The position numbers and the translations under genes were made by a program. A stretch of 64,000 bases of DNA, taken from the NCBI RefSeq assembly GCF_009914755.1, contig NC_060940.1. One strand, given 5' to 3'. This document shows positions 1 through 15,109 of this stretch, piece after piece (position 1 is the first letter of the stretch; every line of letters begins with the position of its first letter). The DNA is from the human T2T-CHM13v2.0 reference genome, Homo sapiens. The notes beneath the pieces were generated by a model. It did not search any database. It saw only the letters and a list, made by a program, of their open reading frames with translations, and had not been told where the DNA came from.

Positions 1-59
1 CTGCATAGCTCTAAACCACCTCCTTTCCTACCTCCCTATTAGAAGGAAGGCAATATCCG

Positions 60-950
<891 letters not shown>

Positions 951-2176
951 AAATGGTTGGATCTGGAGCCTTTCTCATCTCACCCCAAATGTTGATCCTC
1001 CTGATTCTTAGTTGTTTAAATAATTTAACGCACTCTCCCTGACTTGCGTCAGGCTCCTCTAATTGGAGACACCAGGGCTGAGCTTGGAGCATGGAAACTC
1101 CCAGCAGAGACCACCACTGCTCAGACCCCCTTTTGGGGCCTACATAAAGTTTAAAAGCAGTGAAACTATTTAACCAGGGCTTCAGCCTCCAAATTTGCCA
1201 GAATTTCACCCTAAGAATAAAACAAGGCTTTCTAGAAAGAGCAGGAGGAAGAGTCAGTATCACCGATTCCCTTCTCTTCTCTCTCCCAGAGCTAGGAACA
1301 CAGAGCTCCCCACCCTCTTACCAGACAACTCTCTTTCCAAAGCCCCCAGAATGCTGGTCTGGGGGCTCACTCAAACCCCCCATGGCAGGAAACTCACCTC
1401 TGAAGGAAGAAGGTCAAACCCTAGACATGGGAAGTCAGCCAAGCTAAGACCCAGCCAGGCATAAGAATCCCCACATCCTCTCCCAGCCCCAGACCCTCCC
1501 TTCCACACCCAGGTGCTGCCCCTATCCTGCGGTGCTGCTGCTTTTAAACGTGAGCCTAATGGGTTGTCAAGCCCTGGGTCAGAATCTCGGTCAGGTATCC
1601 TGGCCCTGAATGGCTGTCAATCAATCACCAGACGTGGCCACACAACCAACCCCGCTGAGCCAAGCTGCTGCTGGCGGTATCTCAGGTTAACCTATGAGCC
1701 CTTGAATTGGGGGTAGTAAGACAGGGACCCACCAAGTATTTTCATGGCAGGAGTTAAGATAGAGGGAGACATTTTTAGGGGGATACGTCTTTGGACTGGA
1801 TTCAAACCACCCTACAAGAGCCAGCGTCTGTGCAAAGATGGGGAGTTGAGTTGAGCTGTTCGCCAGAGCCAAGAGTCAGAGTCTCAGCTCCAGGTGAATC
1901 TCCTTTGCTTGAGAAGGCTGATCTTGGCCTGAAGCCAACAGTGGGTGACTGTGGGAGGGACACGGGGCCACTTTCCTCTTCCTCCCCTGCTCTGGCCTGA
2001 GCGTGCCTGGCTCTGGGCCTCTAATCTTTTACCAGTGTCCCTGAAAGCAAAGACTGAGGAACACTCTCTTTTTCGTGGCTGTCTCAGCCAGTGGTTCTTA
2101 CATTGGAGCACACATCAAATCCCCTGGAGGCCTTGTTAAAAGTGTGGTGGACCCACTCCCAGAAATTCTGATTCAG

Positions 2177-2733
<557 letters not shown>

Positions 2734-3177
2734 TCAGTAGGCATGGGTGGGGCCCAAGACTGTGTTTCTAACAAGTTCCCGATGTGTTGGTGATGCTGTT
2801 GCTGCTGCCACCAGGCTGGGGACCAGCATCTGAGAGGCACTGGGGGAACCCTTCGGTCTGAGGATCCCTTTCTGGAAGGAGAGGAAGGGGTGATGAAGCT
2901 GGACCCCTTTCCTCCTTCACTCCTTGCTTTTGCCTCCATTCCCTGATCACCCCCTTTCCCCCACTGAATCTACTGTCTCCTCTCCTCTGGCTTCTTTCTC
3001 ATTCATTGGCTCCCTTCTTTTGAAGAAATCCTGAGATGGCTGCTACTTACAGAGGAATCTTTTACCACCCCTGACCTCCAATCTCCAAAGCTCTCTGTCT
3101 CTCCCTTCTCCCCTCTGCCTCACTTACACACCCCTTGTCCCCAGAACGTCTGTGGCTGCCTATTGCCTTCAAGATAA

Positions 3178-3780
3178 TGTTGCTGGAAAGAGAGGGTCCT
3201 GATCCAGACCCCAAGAGTCTTGGATCTCACGCAGGAAGGAATTAAAGGCAGGTCACAGAGTGCAGCGTGAAAGAAACAAGTTTATTAGAAACTACTCTGT
3301 TGTAGAGTGGAGCATCCTCAGAAAGCAGGAGGAGGAACACACCATCTTCTGTTAGTGTCTCTACTTATAAGAAACCATAAGGAGTGGCCGGACACAGTGG
3401 TTCACAGCCGTAATCCCAGCACTTTGGGAGGCCGAGGCGGGTGGATCACCTGAGGTCACGAGTTCGAGACCAGCCTGGCCAACGTGGTGAAACCCGTCTC
3501 TAATAAAAATACAAAATTAGCCAGGCATGGTGGCATGCCTATCATCCCAGCTACTCAGGAGGCTGAGGCAGGAGAATCACCTGAGCCCAGGAGGCAGAGC
3601 CCTGAAGCAAGATTGCGCCACTCCACTCCAGCCTGGGTGACAGAACGAGACTCCATCTCAAAAAAAAAAAAAAAAGAGAGAGAGAGAAAGAAAGAAAAGA
3701 GAAAAAAGAAAAGAAAAGAAACCATAAGGAGCTGTAATTAAACTTGGAATGTGCAGATTGCTTGCTAAAGGTAAGGGATA
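3178..3780 (-). mobile_element. ERV1 (MER4-group-like) LTR fragment interrupted by an Alu
   Basis: Terminus tgttgctggaaag...gatccagaccccaagag...tcttggatctc...aagtttatta. Confidence 0.65.
3386..3718 (+). mobile_element. Alu (AluS)
   Basis: Dimer with TSD aagaaaccataaggag. Confidence 0.93.
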
Positions 3781-3784
3781 TTGG

Positions 3785-3937
3785 TGGGCGGCTGTAATCC
3801 CAGCTATTCGGGAGGCTGAGGCAGGGAGAATCACTTGAACCCAGGAGACAGAGGTTGCCGTGAGCCAAGATCGCACCACTGCACTCCAGCCTGGGTATCA
3901 GGGCGAGACTCCATCTCAAAAAAAAAAAAAAAAAAAA
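3785..3937 (+). mobile_element. Alu right monomer
   Basis: Right-arm sequence plus poly(A). Confidence 0.88.
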
Positions 3938-4849
3938 GCGAAAATAGGGACAGCCCGAGGAGTTGCAAGAGTCAAAGAGAGCCGTGGTTCTTATACCCAG
4001 AGGCAAGTTAAAGGCAATTGGTGCTTTAGAAATAACCGGATGGACAGAGAGTGCATCCTGTTGTCCCTCAGCCGTGGATAGAGGGACCCAGCTTGAGCTC
4101 AGGATGTGCCATAGTTGAAATTCAGGTGTATGTGGGCAACAGGTGGGACCCCCTTGACCAAAACTGTCACAACCAGGGTAAAGTTGATTCCACGCAGAGA
4201 AAGCAAACAGGGCTAATGATAGTAATCAAACACACCTGTGCCCCTTCCCCACCACCTTTCCATCCCCGTGGCCAGTTGGCACAGTCTTACTGACCCCCGC
4301 TGTGCTGGGCACTGAGGAGATGAGGCTGGGCCCACAGAGCTGACCATGACCCGTGTGGAATTCCCTCTTTGAAGGGAAACTGACCACTGAACTGGAGATT
4401 ACAAGTCAGAGTGGAAAGTGACATGGTGGAGGAGGAGGGCTGTAAAGGGGTGGGGTGTGTGAGCCCAGAGAAAGTCACATAACCTGGAAGTGAAAGGTGA
4501 TAGGGAGTACGTAAGGTCAGAAGGATGGAAGGACTCAGCGGGGGAAGCAGGGTAGCAGAGAGCATAGGAGAATGTTCCAGACAGACAGAAGGGCAGAGGC
4601 AAAGGAATGGATTTTAGCAATTGGGAGAATTTTCTAGGGGCTGGAGCACAGAGGGTGTGTGTTTTGGAGGCAGGGAGGGCAGGAATGTGTCCTCCTTTCC
4701 AGAGAGAGTTGGAAGGCATTTGGGGGTGGTTCTGAGCTGGGGGAGACATAATCAGAGTTGGGTTTCAGAAGGAGGACTGTAGCTGTTCTTCTAGGGATAG
4801 AATGGGGGGAAGGGACAAGACTGGAGGCTGGGAACCAGCTAAAAGAAAA

Positions 4850-5770
<921 letters not shown>

Positions 5771-6065
5771 AAGACCCAAAACCAGACATGGGGTCATGAG
5801 TTAGGGGTCCTGCAAATCCCAACAGCATTTTTCCTTCTTCCCCTTTAGCCAGCAAACTCCAGGCACTTTAGCTGGTGGTTTTCTTCCCTTTGCTCCCCTA
5901 GAAGAGCCACACAGCTGCAGGTGTCCCAGCCCGGAGGCTATGGGTAGCTGTCGTCAAATGGCTGGTGGGACCCCAACACCTAGTGGGCCAACACAAAGGT
6001 CAGAGATGGGGTCATCTGGGCAGAACTGCGACTGTGAGCCTCCAGATCTTTATTTGAGGGCTGAC

Positions 6066-6079
6066 GCGCCCTCTGGCGG
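6066..6079 (-). promoter_or_regulatory. CTCF motif (CCGCCAGAGGGCGC on the minus strand)
   Basis: Near-consensus CTCF core. Confidence 0.6.
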
Positions 6080-6486
6080 GCACCTGGAAGGGACAATGCA
6101 CGGCCAGGCCCCTCCTCCCACCTCCTCCCTCACTGTCACGGGGAGCCCCAACTCCCCATTCCTTGCCAAGGCCCCTTCCTCCTAGCATGGTGACGCTGCC
6201 CTTCCCACAAGCACGGTGGCGTCTCCCGCATCGTACATTGCTCTTCCCACCCACCTCGCGTCCCGTCCCTGCCATGGGAAGTTTGCATTCCCAAGTCCTG
6301 CATTCCGATTTCTGTCCTGGGTCCATCTCTTATCTCCCCAGGGACCTGTTACCAAAGCCCCCTGCTCAGTCACTCTCAGGAGCCCGCCGGCAACTTTCCG
6401 CCTCCCCCACAGTCCTCGACAGCAACTCTACAATGTGGGCCTCGCAGCAGGATTTCACTCGATTTATTTTGTAAGAAAAGTTCACT

Positions 6487-6612
6487 TTTTTTTGTTGTTG
6501 GTAGAGACAAGGGTCTCACTTTGTTGCCCAGGCTGGTCTTGAACTGCTGGCCCCAAGCAATCCTCCCGCCTCGGCCTCCCACAGTGCTGGGATCACAGGC
6601 GTGCGCCACCGC
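6487..6612 (-). mobile_element. FLAM / Alu monomer
   Basis: Reverse-complement left monomer. Confidence 0.85.
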
Positions 6613-6859
6613 GTTGCAATGGCTGCACTAACCACTCAGAGCGTCCTTGGGGTTCTGGCCTGCAGGGCGCGGCGTGCGCGGCCGGGCTTGCTAGGTTAGG
6701 GACCCGCTGCCCCAGGACTCCGGCCGTGGGCAGCTGTGACAGGGCTACTCCTCTGGGTCGGGCAGGGTCCAGCCCTCGCTTGGCCGGCGCCCCAGGGCCT
6801 GGCTCTTGGATTTTCCTCCCGCGCTCCCGGAAAGCGGGCAGGGATGCAGCGAGCGCGCC

Positions 6860-6876
6860 GGCCGCCAGGGGGCACC
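6860..6876 (+). promoter_or_regulatory. CTCF motif (GGCCGCCAGGGGGCACC)
   Basis: Near-consensus CTCF core. Confidence 0.6.
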
Positions 6877-7204
6877 AAGGGCCGGGGGCAGCAAGGACTC
6901 CTCGTGGCTTCTCCGCCCACCGCGCAGGGCGCAGACTTCCGGACGCAGGGCCCCGCTCCCCTGCCCCCTTCCAGACCGAGGCCAGAGCCGAGGCCCAGGG
7001 TCAGAAGCGCTGGCCCACGGCCGACGCATAGGCAGACAGGCCCTCGGGCGCTCACGCGCAGTCTCCAACTCCAGCCGGCGTCGCCGGCGCCAGCACCTCC
7101 GCGGGCGGCCCCAGCCTGGGAGCACGTGGGCCGCGGGGCTGCGGGCCGATGGCGGGGTGGGGACCAGCAGACGCGCGGGGATCCACGGCAGAACAGCCCC
7201 TTAC

Positions 7205-7290
7205 CGTGGCGGGGGCGCTGAGGTCCCTCGGGGCAACCAGAGGACGGAGGCTTGGTGCCGCAGGGCAGTCGGGAAGGCTTCCTGGAGGCT
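7205..7290 (-). other. TLE7: Putative non-coding first exon of TLE7 (coding exons lie left of the window; 5' end approximate)
   Basis: Minus-strand donor ACG|GTAAGG at 7205/7204 in the CpG island. Gene identity comes from recalled synteny with ZNF23, not from coding sequence. Confidence 0.5.
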
Positions 7291-9119
7291 GGGCTTGAGC
7301 CGAAGGTGGGTGGGATTTCGGTGGCTGGCAGGGGGTGGGGGCCACGCCTCAGGAACACTGAAGCCACTTGGGGAACAGGCGGCACAGTGAGAGATCCAGA
7401 AGGAGGAGAAAGCCGGAAAGCGAGCAGAGGTGGCCCAGACCGTGCAGGGGAGGTCCCTGAGACCCTGCCCGGTACAGGATGTGCTAAAGGACCACCTGGT
7501 CTGTAGTGGGTCTCTGGGCCTGCGAGCTAGGGGAAGGGGCTACAGGGGTCCTCGCCTTCCCCCAGGCTGCGGCGTTCCCCAGGAGAAGGCCAAGGTTGAC
7601 CCATGTAGGATTCCCCAGCAGGTGGTCAACCCCTGGCCTGTGGAAGGGGCCTGCGGACAGTGCTGGAATGGAATGGAGTGCAATGGAATGTGTCGGAGGA
7701 TGTCCTCATCCTCTCCAGGCCAGAAGATAACAGATGTGCAGGAGTGGAGATTTCAAAGGCAGAGAGAACAGGAGAGAATCCAGAGCCTCTTCCCAGAACC
7801 CCCAGCCCCTGCAGAGAGAGGGCCCCCAGGCCTCCGGGAGACTGTGCAGATGACACAGGAGCTCTGCTCCTCAGCGCATGGACGCCCTGCTTAGGCCTCG
7901 CACCAGGCTCTCCCCTCTACCTGCGGGTGCCTTGAGACAGGACAGCCATGTTTTCCTTTGAGCTTCTATTTCCCCTCCTGACCTAGCCAGAGCAGGCCCA
8001 GGTGTTCTCTGAGGTCCCTTCCAATGTGACAGGCCAAGGTGGGTGTGTGCACCTTGCACTGCAGGGACAGAACATGCAGATCCCGACTGAAGGAGAAAGA
8101 CTTTAATCCTCCCCCTTCCAGGCCCAGGGCTCCAGTTAAGACAAGCAGAAGTGCTACTGTGCGGGGTTCTGGAGTCTCCTGTGCTCAGGTTTCTTGCTGT
8201 CCTGGTAAGGCCTCCACTGCACGCACATGGCTCAAGACTGGTGTGGTGAACACCAAGGCTACCCAGTCTCCTGGGTGGTGGGGTCATGTGACTTCACGAG
8301 GCTTTGCAGGTGTCTGACTGCCTTCTTCACCCTCCAGTCATTGAGGTCTGAGCAGATGACCTGCCCTGGACAGTAACAAGCCTACGGAGAGGGAGAAAAC
8401 CGTCAGAGTCCTGGGACCATCCCCACCCTATGCTGACCAGGAGCCTGAGGCTGAGAGGCCCAGGGTCACATGGGACATTGGTGGCAGATCTGAGATATCA
8501 GGTTATGTCCTCTAGGATTCTCAATCTTCCATGAGTCCGAGCCTTGATCCTGCCACTGCAAAGAAACTGTGGACCCTGCGGGAAGCCAGGGCTGCAGGAC
8601 TTCTTGTCCCCCTCTACGGACTGCCATGTCTCAGAGACCTGCAGAGGCTGTCCATCAACTGGGAAGGCTGGGGTGAGCCCTGGCCTTCTAAACTCTCCTC
8701 TGGCCCCAGTGAGAGACCACATCAGCCCCTGGTTTGCTGCATGACCGGGGGTCGTCCCATCCATCTCTGGGCCTCAGTTTCTCTAAATGTAAATCCAGGA
8801 CTTGGACCCCTCCAGGGTCTCAGTGCTTGGTCTGGAACAGCCCAGAGGAACAGGGCTGGCTGGTCAAGGAGAAGAAGGGTCCTGCTCTCCCCTCTCCCCA
8901 AGGTGTGGTCTGGGGGCTCCAGGGGCTGCCTCCTCCCATGCCCAGCTCCTAGGATGCCTGGGGTGGGGCAGACTTACACGATGGCATCCCTAGGACACTC
9001 TACCAAGGTCCCGTGCCACGTGACAAGCTTTCGGACAGGAATGGCTCCTTTGCAATACTCAAGGCAGCACTCCTGGCCGACACCAGCCCTTGAGCTACAG
9101 AGAGCTGGTGCAGGAGTGT

Positions 9120-9660
9120 CTATGTGAGGGTGTGGCCTGTAGGGTGTACCATGTGTACCACTAGGTGTGTCTGTGGATGTGGGGGTCTGTGGGGTACACC
9201 GTGTGTGTGTGTCTATGTATGTGAGGGGTCTGTGTCTTTGTCTATGTGTGCATGTGTGTCTTATGTGTGTCTATGGGTGTGGGGGGGAGTCTCTGTGTGT
9301 CTGTGTATGTGTCTATGTGTGTGGGGGTCTGTGTGTATGTCTATGTGTGTGCATGTGTCTATGTATGTTGGGGGGGTCTGTGTGTGTCCTTGTGCGTTGG
9401 CTATGTGTGATGGGGTATCTGTTTGTGATCTATGCGTGTCTGTGGATGTGGGGGTCCGCAGGGTGCACTGTGTGTGTGTCTATGTATGTGGGGGGTCCAT
9501 GTGTGTCCATGTGTGTCTGTGTATGTGGAGGTCTATGGGGTACACTGTGTGTGTCCCTGGGTGTGTGTGTGCATCTTGCTTGTGCCTATGGGAGAAGGAT
9601 TTGGGGGCTTCCTGCATGTGTGCACCTGTGCATGACTGTACATCAGATGTGCACACACTC
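9120..9660. repeat. TG-rich complex minisatellite / low-complexity repeat
   Basis: Degenerate (GT)n with recurring gtctatgtgtgtggggggtct units. Confidence 0.9.
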
Positions 9661-10049
9661 AAACCACCACCCCCTTCACCACCTCTGGGCCAGGCTCTGG
9701 CTGAGCCTTTCCTGGAAGCAAGTATTTCAGGCCTCACAACCGTATCTGGAAGGCAGGTTCTCTGTTACCCCATTTTACAGATGATCAAATGGAGGCCCAG
9801 AGATATGAAGACACTTCAGACCTGTTTTCTCATCTGTGTGCAAAAAAAAAAAAAAAAGATATCCAAAACTTGGAAATGGGCAAAATGATGATTATGTGTC
9901 TTTTAAAAGTATATATTATGCATTTTCTAGGCATTTCTCCCCCAGCTGTCCTTGGACTCTCCCGGGGATAAAATTCAGTTTGACTACCTCTGATTGGGGC
10001 CCCACCCTTTCACAGTCCTGTGAACGTAGAGCAGACTTACAGCAAACTT

Positions 10050-10774
<725 letters not shown>

Positions 10775-11603
10775 TTACTACCATTAACAGGTGATGACCC
10801 TATTTTCTCCATACTATTATACTGTCCTGGTGTACACAAATAGATTCTGCTGTATGATTTATTGAAGAAAACCACCATCTAGAAATGGACTTTTACTAAA
10901 AATTGTTCAAGGATTCTGGGACAATAACCTTCATCTTAACAAGCAAAAAGAGGGACAGAGAGAGATTTCGGATTTTTTAAAATCGGATTTCTAACTTTTT
11001 GAAGACCCAGAATATTTGGCATTACTGGAACTGCTTTGCTGCCTACCCAGAATTTGCTACAGCTGAGTTGAGGCTGCCTTCTTTAGGTAGGGGATGCACT
11101 CTTCAATTCTCCACCCTCCCTACTCCTTGTCACTCTGTGTAGCCTCATTCGTCTGTCTGACTTTGAGGACACTTGAGTATCTGTGGGCCTACAGGGATGT
11201 TTATGAGGATTTGGAGTTTGCTGGTGATCGTTAAGTCTCATTTACTAGCGATTGCTTTTCTCCTGTTTTTATCTGTGGCACGTCAGAAGTCCTGGAACAT
11301 GAGGATCTGAAGGAAGAGTGATGCTCCCAGTCCAATTATCTTAAATAACTGTCCCACATTCAGAAAACCTCCAGTGGTTTTGAACCTCATTCTAAACTAA
11401 ATGCAGACTAGCTTCTGTTCTAAGGAGCCTGGGGGCGAGACAGCATATGCCTTACAGAGCTCACAGGTGGGCATGGTAAGGAGATGGTGTGTGGCACTTG
11501 GGGGATGGCAGAAGTTATCATGTCCCTTTCTTACTACTTACTATTGGGCCTGCTGTTCTTCAGCTTCCTGATAGTTAGCTTGCCTGCTCCTATTAGTGCT
11601 TAG

Positions 11604-11913
<310 letters not shown>

Positions 11914-12340
11914 TTAAGGTGTTGAGAGATTCCCTTCCAAAGAGTATCTTGAGGCTTCCAAGATCTTCATCAGAGACCTTGAAAACCACCAATGAGACTG
12001 GGAATCCAAGGTAGCCACCTTCCTTCAGGACCTGAAAAGCCATGTGTTTATGCAAGAGTTCCAGTTATTACAAAATAGAAACCCTGTAACATGCTATCTT
12101 GTTGACTACATTTTATACTTATATAAAGGGCATCTATAGTAAATGTCATTTTTGACAGCTGCATAGTATCACATGTATGCATATATAACAATGTAATATG
12201 CAAAAAAACTTACTAATTTTCACACCTTAGAGTACTGAGATTGAATACCTCTTCTTACTTTAACAGTCATTTTTTAGTATCTGTTTAAAAGCTGCCTGTT
12301 AGTGTGTCTAAATTATTTATCTTTAGATATTAATGTTTTA

Positions 12341-12613
12341 AGAGACAGGGTCTCACTGCCACCCAGGCTGGAGTGCAGTGGTGGTCATAGCTCACTGCAG
12401 CCTCGAATTCCTGGAGTCAGGTGATCCTCCTGCCTCAGCCTCCCAAGCAGCAAGGACTGCAGGCACATACCACCACGCCTGGCTTTTATTATTTTTTGTA
12501 GCGATGGGATCTTGCTATGTTGCCCATACAGGTCTGGAACTCATGGCCTCACGCAATCTTCCCGTCTCAGCCTCCCAAAGCACTGAGATTACAGGTCTGA
12601 TCCACCATGCCCA
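12341..12613 (-). mobile_element. Alu (AluJ-like)
   Basis: Diverged reverse-complement dimer. Confidence 0.88.
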
Positions 12614-12842
12614 AATACTACACTTTTATATCACAAATTTTACAAAAGTATTTCCCCATTTTGCGCTTTATCTTTTAAACTTTAAAACAAAAACATACAG
12701 GAATATTTAGTTTTTGAGTAGTCAATTTATCAGTACATACCCTGTGGATAGTTTCTAGCTTTCATCTAATACTTAGAAAGGTTTTCTCAATTACATGAAA
12801 ATTAAAAATGTACTCATACCTTTTTCCTTTTTTAAATAAATC

Positions 12843-12848
12843 TTTATT
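12843..12848 (-). terminator. Candidate ZNF23 polyadenylation signal AATAAA
   Basis: tttatt on the plus strand about 470 nt past the stop; other AATAAA hexamers occur near 12969 and 13042. Confidence 0.5.
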
Positions 12849-13194
12849 TTTCATCTTTTCAAAAGTAATACATGCTTGTTGTCAAAAATTAAACAAATAA
12901 ATTAATGTAGGTAGAGTATCTTTAGTACGGGTTTTCCTATCCAACAACAAGGCTTCTCTCTCTCTCCATTTATTCAAATTTCCTTTGTAAAGTGGCCCTC
13001 AGTGAAGACTTAAATTTCTCCATACAAGTCCTCCATAACTGTTTATTTCTAGAAAATCTACTTTTCTTGATGCTGCTGGGAACGAAATCTTTTCATTATA
13101 TTTTCTAATTCCTGTTGGTACAAAACAAAGCTATTTTTGGATGTTTCTCTTTAACTGGTCATCCTTTCCTGATTTAAACTGAATAGAATAAAAA

Positions 13195-13316
13195 CTGTTT
13201 CCATATGAAGACTCTGCCATATTCATGCCCTCTTGGAGGTTTTTCAATGGATGAATCTGATGATACTTGATCCATTTTGGCATTAACCTTAAGAGTTTTC
13301 TATATCTTTCTCATTA
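13195..13316 (-). pseudogene. Decayed zinc-finger remnants in the ZNF23 3'UTR
   Basis: After the stop: KVNAKMDQ...EKPPRGHEYGRVFIW, with HQIH in an adjacent frame. Confidence 0.65.
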
Positions 13317-15109
13317 TTAGGATTTTCCTTCACTATGGACACTCTGATGCTGACTGAGCTGGAAGCTAAACCTGAATGCTTTCCCACACACACTACACAT
13401 ATAGGGTTTCTTCCAAGTGTGGACTGTCTGATGTATAATGTAGTCAGAACTAAAGCTGAAGCCTTTGCCACATTCCACACATCTGAAGGGTTTCTCCCCA
13501 GTGTGGCTTCTCTGATGCCGAATTAAATGGGCATTAACATGGAAGGCTTTTCCACACTCCTTACACTGAAAGGGTTTCTCTCCTGTATGGATTCTCTGGT
13601 GCACAATATAGTTAGAACTACAGCTGAATGCTTTCTCACATTCCATACATTTGAAAGGTTTCTCCCCAGTATGTATCCTCTGATGCCTAGTTAGTTTGGC
13701 ATTGATACTGAAGGCTTTCCCACATTCCTTACATTGATAGGGCTTTTCTCCAGTATGGATTCGGTGATGATCAAGTAGGTTTCTTTTAGAAGTAAAGCAT
13801 CTCCCACACTCATTACATTCAAAAGGTTTCTCCCCAGTGTGAATTCTCTGATGCCGCATTAGTTTCCCATTAACGCTGAAGGCCTTTCCACACTCATTAC
13901 ACTCATAGGGCTTCTCCCCAGTGTGAATTCTCAGATGCTGCCGAAATTGGGAGTTACATCTGAAGGCTTTCCCGCATTCATTACACTCATAGGGTTTCTC
14001 GCCTGTGTGAATTCTCTGGTGTTGGATTAACTTCCCTTTGACACTGAAGGCTTTTCCACATTCAGTGCATTCATAGGGTTTCTCACCTGTGTGGATTCTC
14101 TGATGCTGAATGAGTTTTGTATTATTATTGAAGCCTTTTCCACACTCTTTACACTGATAGGGCTTTTCTCCTGTGTGGATGCTCTGATGCTGCCTAAGCT
14201 GGGAGCTGCACCTGAAGCCTTTTCCACATTCATTACATTCATAAGGTTTCTCTCCAGTATGGATTCTCTGATGTTGAATTAATTTTGCATTAACATTGAA
14301 CGCTTTCCCACAGTCATTACACTCGTAAGGTTTCTCTCCAGTGTGGACTCTCTGATGTGTAATATATGCAGAACTACAGCTGAAGCCATTTCCACATTCC
14401 TTGCACTGATAGGGCTTCTCTCCCGTATGGATTCTCTGATGCCTACTTAGGCTTCCATTAACACTGAAGGCCTTCCCACACATCTTACACTGATAGGGCT
14501 TCTCCCCACTGTGGATTGTCTGATGTGTGATATAATGGGAACTGTAGCTGAAGCTTTTCCCACACTCCACACATTTGAAGGGTTTCTCCCCACTGTGAAG
14601 TCTCTGATGCCAAATTAATTTCTCATTAATGCTGAAAGCTTTGCCACACTCCGAACACTGATAAGGCTTTTCCTCAGTGTTGTTCTCTTGATGTTGAATA
14701 AGTTGAGAGTCACACCTAAAGGGCTCTACTAATTCTTCACATTTGAAAGGTCTTTCCTCAGAATTAATTATTTCATGCTTCACGAGTTTTGTATCAAAGC
14801 TGATGGATTTCCCCAATCCTGTACACCCAGAGGGCTGCTCTCCAGTGATGGTATGACACTGATATGAGTTTGAACTTTGACTAAAAAAACACTCCTCCAC
14901 GGGGCTTGTCTCATCTTTCACTGTTCCATCAATGGTGTTGCTCTTCTCCTTCTTTATATTTCCTGCTGAGTGGACTTCCTGTTGTTTCTCTAGAAGAGAG
15001 GCTTCTGAAAAGTCTGTTTCCTGGGAAAAGTCTCTTTGAAGTTCAAATGATACATTCTCTTTTCCTTCATACATTTCCTTTGTCAAATCATTGTCAGTCT
15101 GAATATCTA
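13317..15109 (-). CDS. ZNF23: ZNF23 final coding exon: spacer, 2-3 degenerate fingers and 16 intact C2H2 fingers
   Basis: ORF 13317..15215 encodes tandem CxxC-x12-HxxxH fingers with TGEKPY linkers. The acceptor ttttttatAG|TAGAT at 15110/15109 is in phase 1 with the KRAB-B exon. Stop TAA at 13319-13317. Protein recognised as ZNF23/KOX16. Confidence 0.96.

Larger units (their letters stand above)
6650..7350. promoter_or_regulatory. CpG island / promoter, likely of the leftward-transcribed neighbouring gene
   Basis: Very high CpG/GC density; ETS motif ACTTCCGG at about 6935; CTCF motif at 6860-6876. Confidence 0.85.

Noticed and set aside
6696-7894. Overlapping 100-230 aa Pro/Arg/Gly-rich ORFs on both strands
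   Set aside because: Stop-codon depletion in a GC-rich CpG island; no domain similarity. The same applies to ORFs at 27.1-27.7, 49.3-49.8 and 54.0-54.8 kb.
9124-9888. 254-aa and 205-aa Cys/Val-rich ORFs (metallothionein- or keratin-associated-like)
   Set aside because: Translation artefacts of the TG-rich repeat, open in several frames.
13330-14670. Regular 84-nt repeat with variable inserts, superficially like a CRISPR array
   Set aside because: It is the C2H2 finger and TGEKP linker periodicity of a eukaryotic coding exon; there are no cas genes and the DNA is primate.
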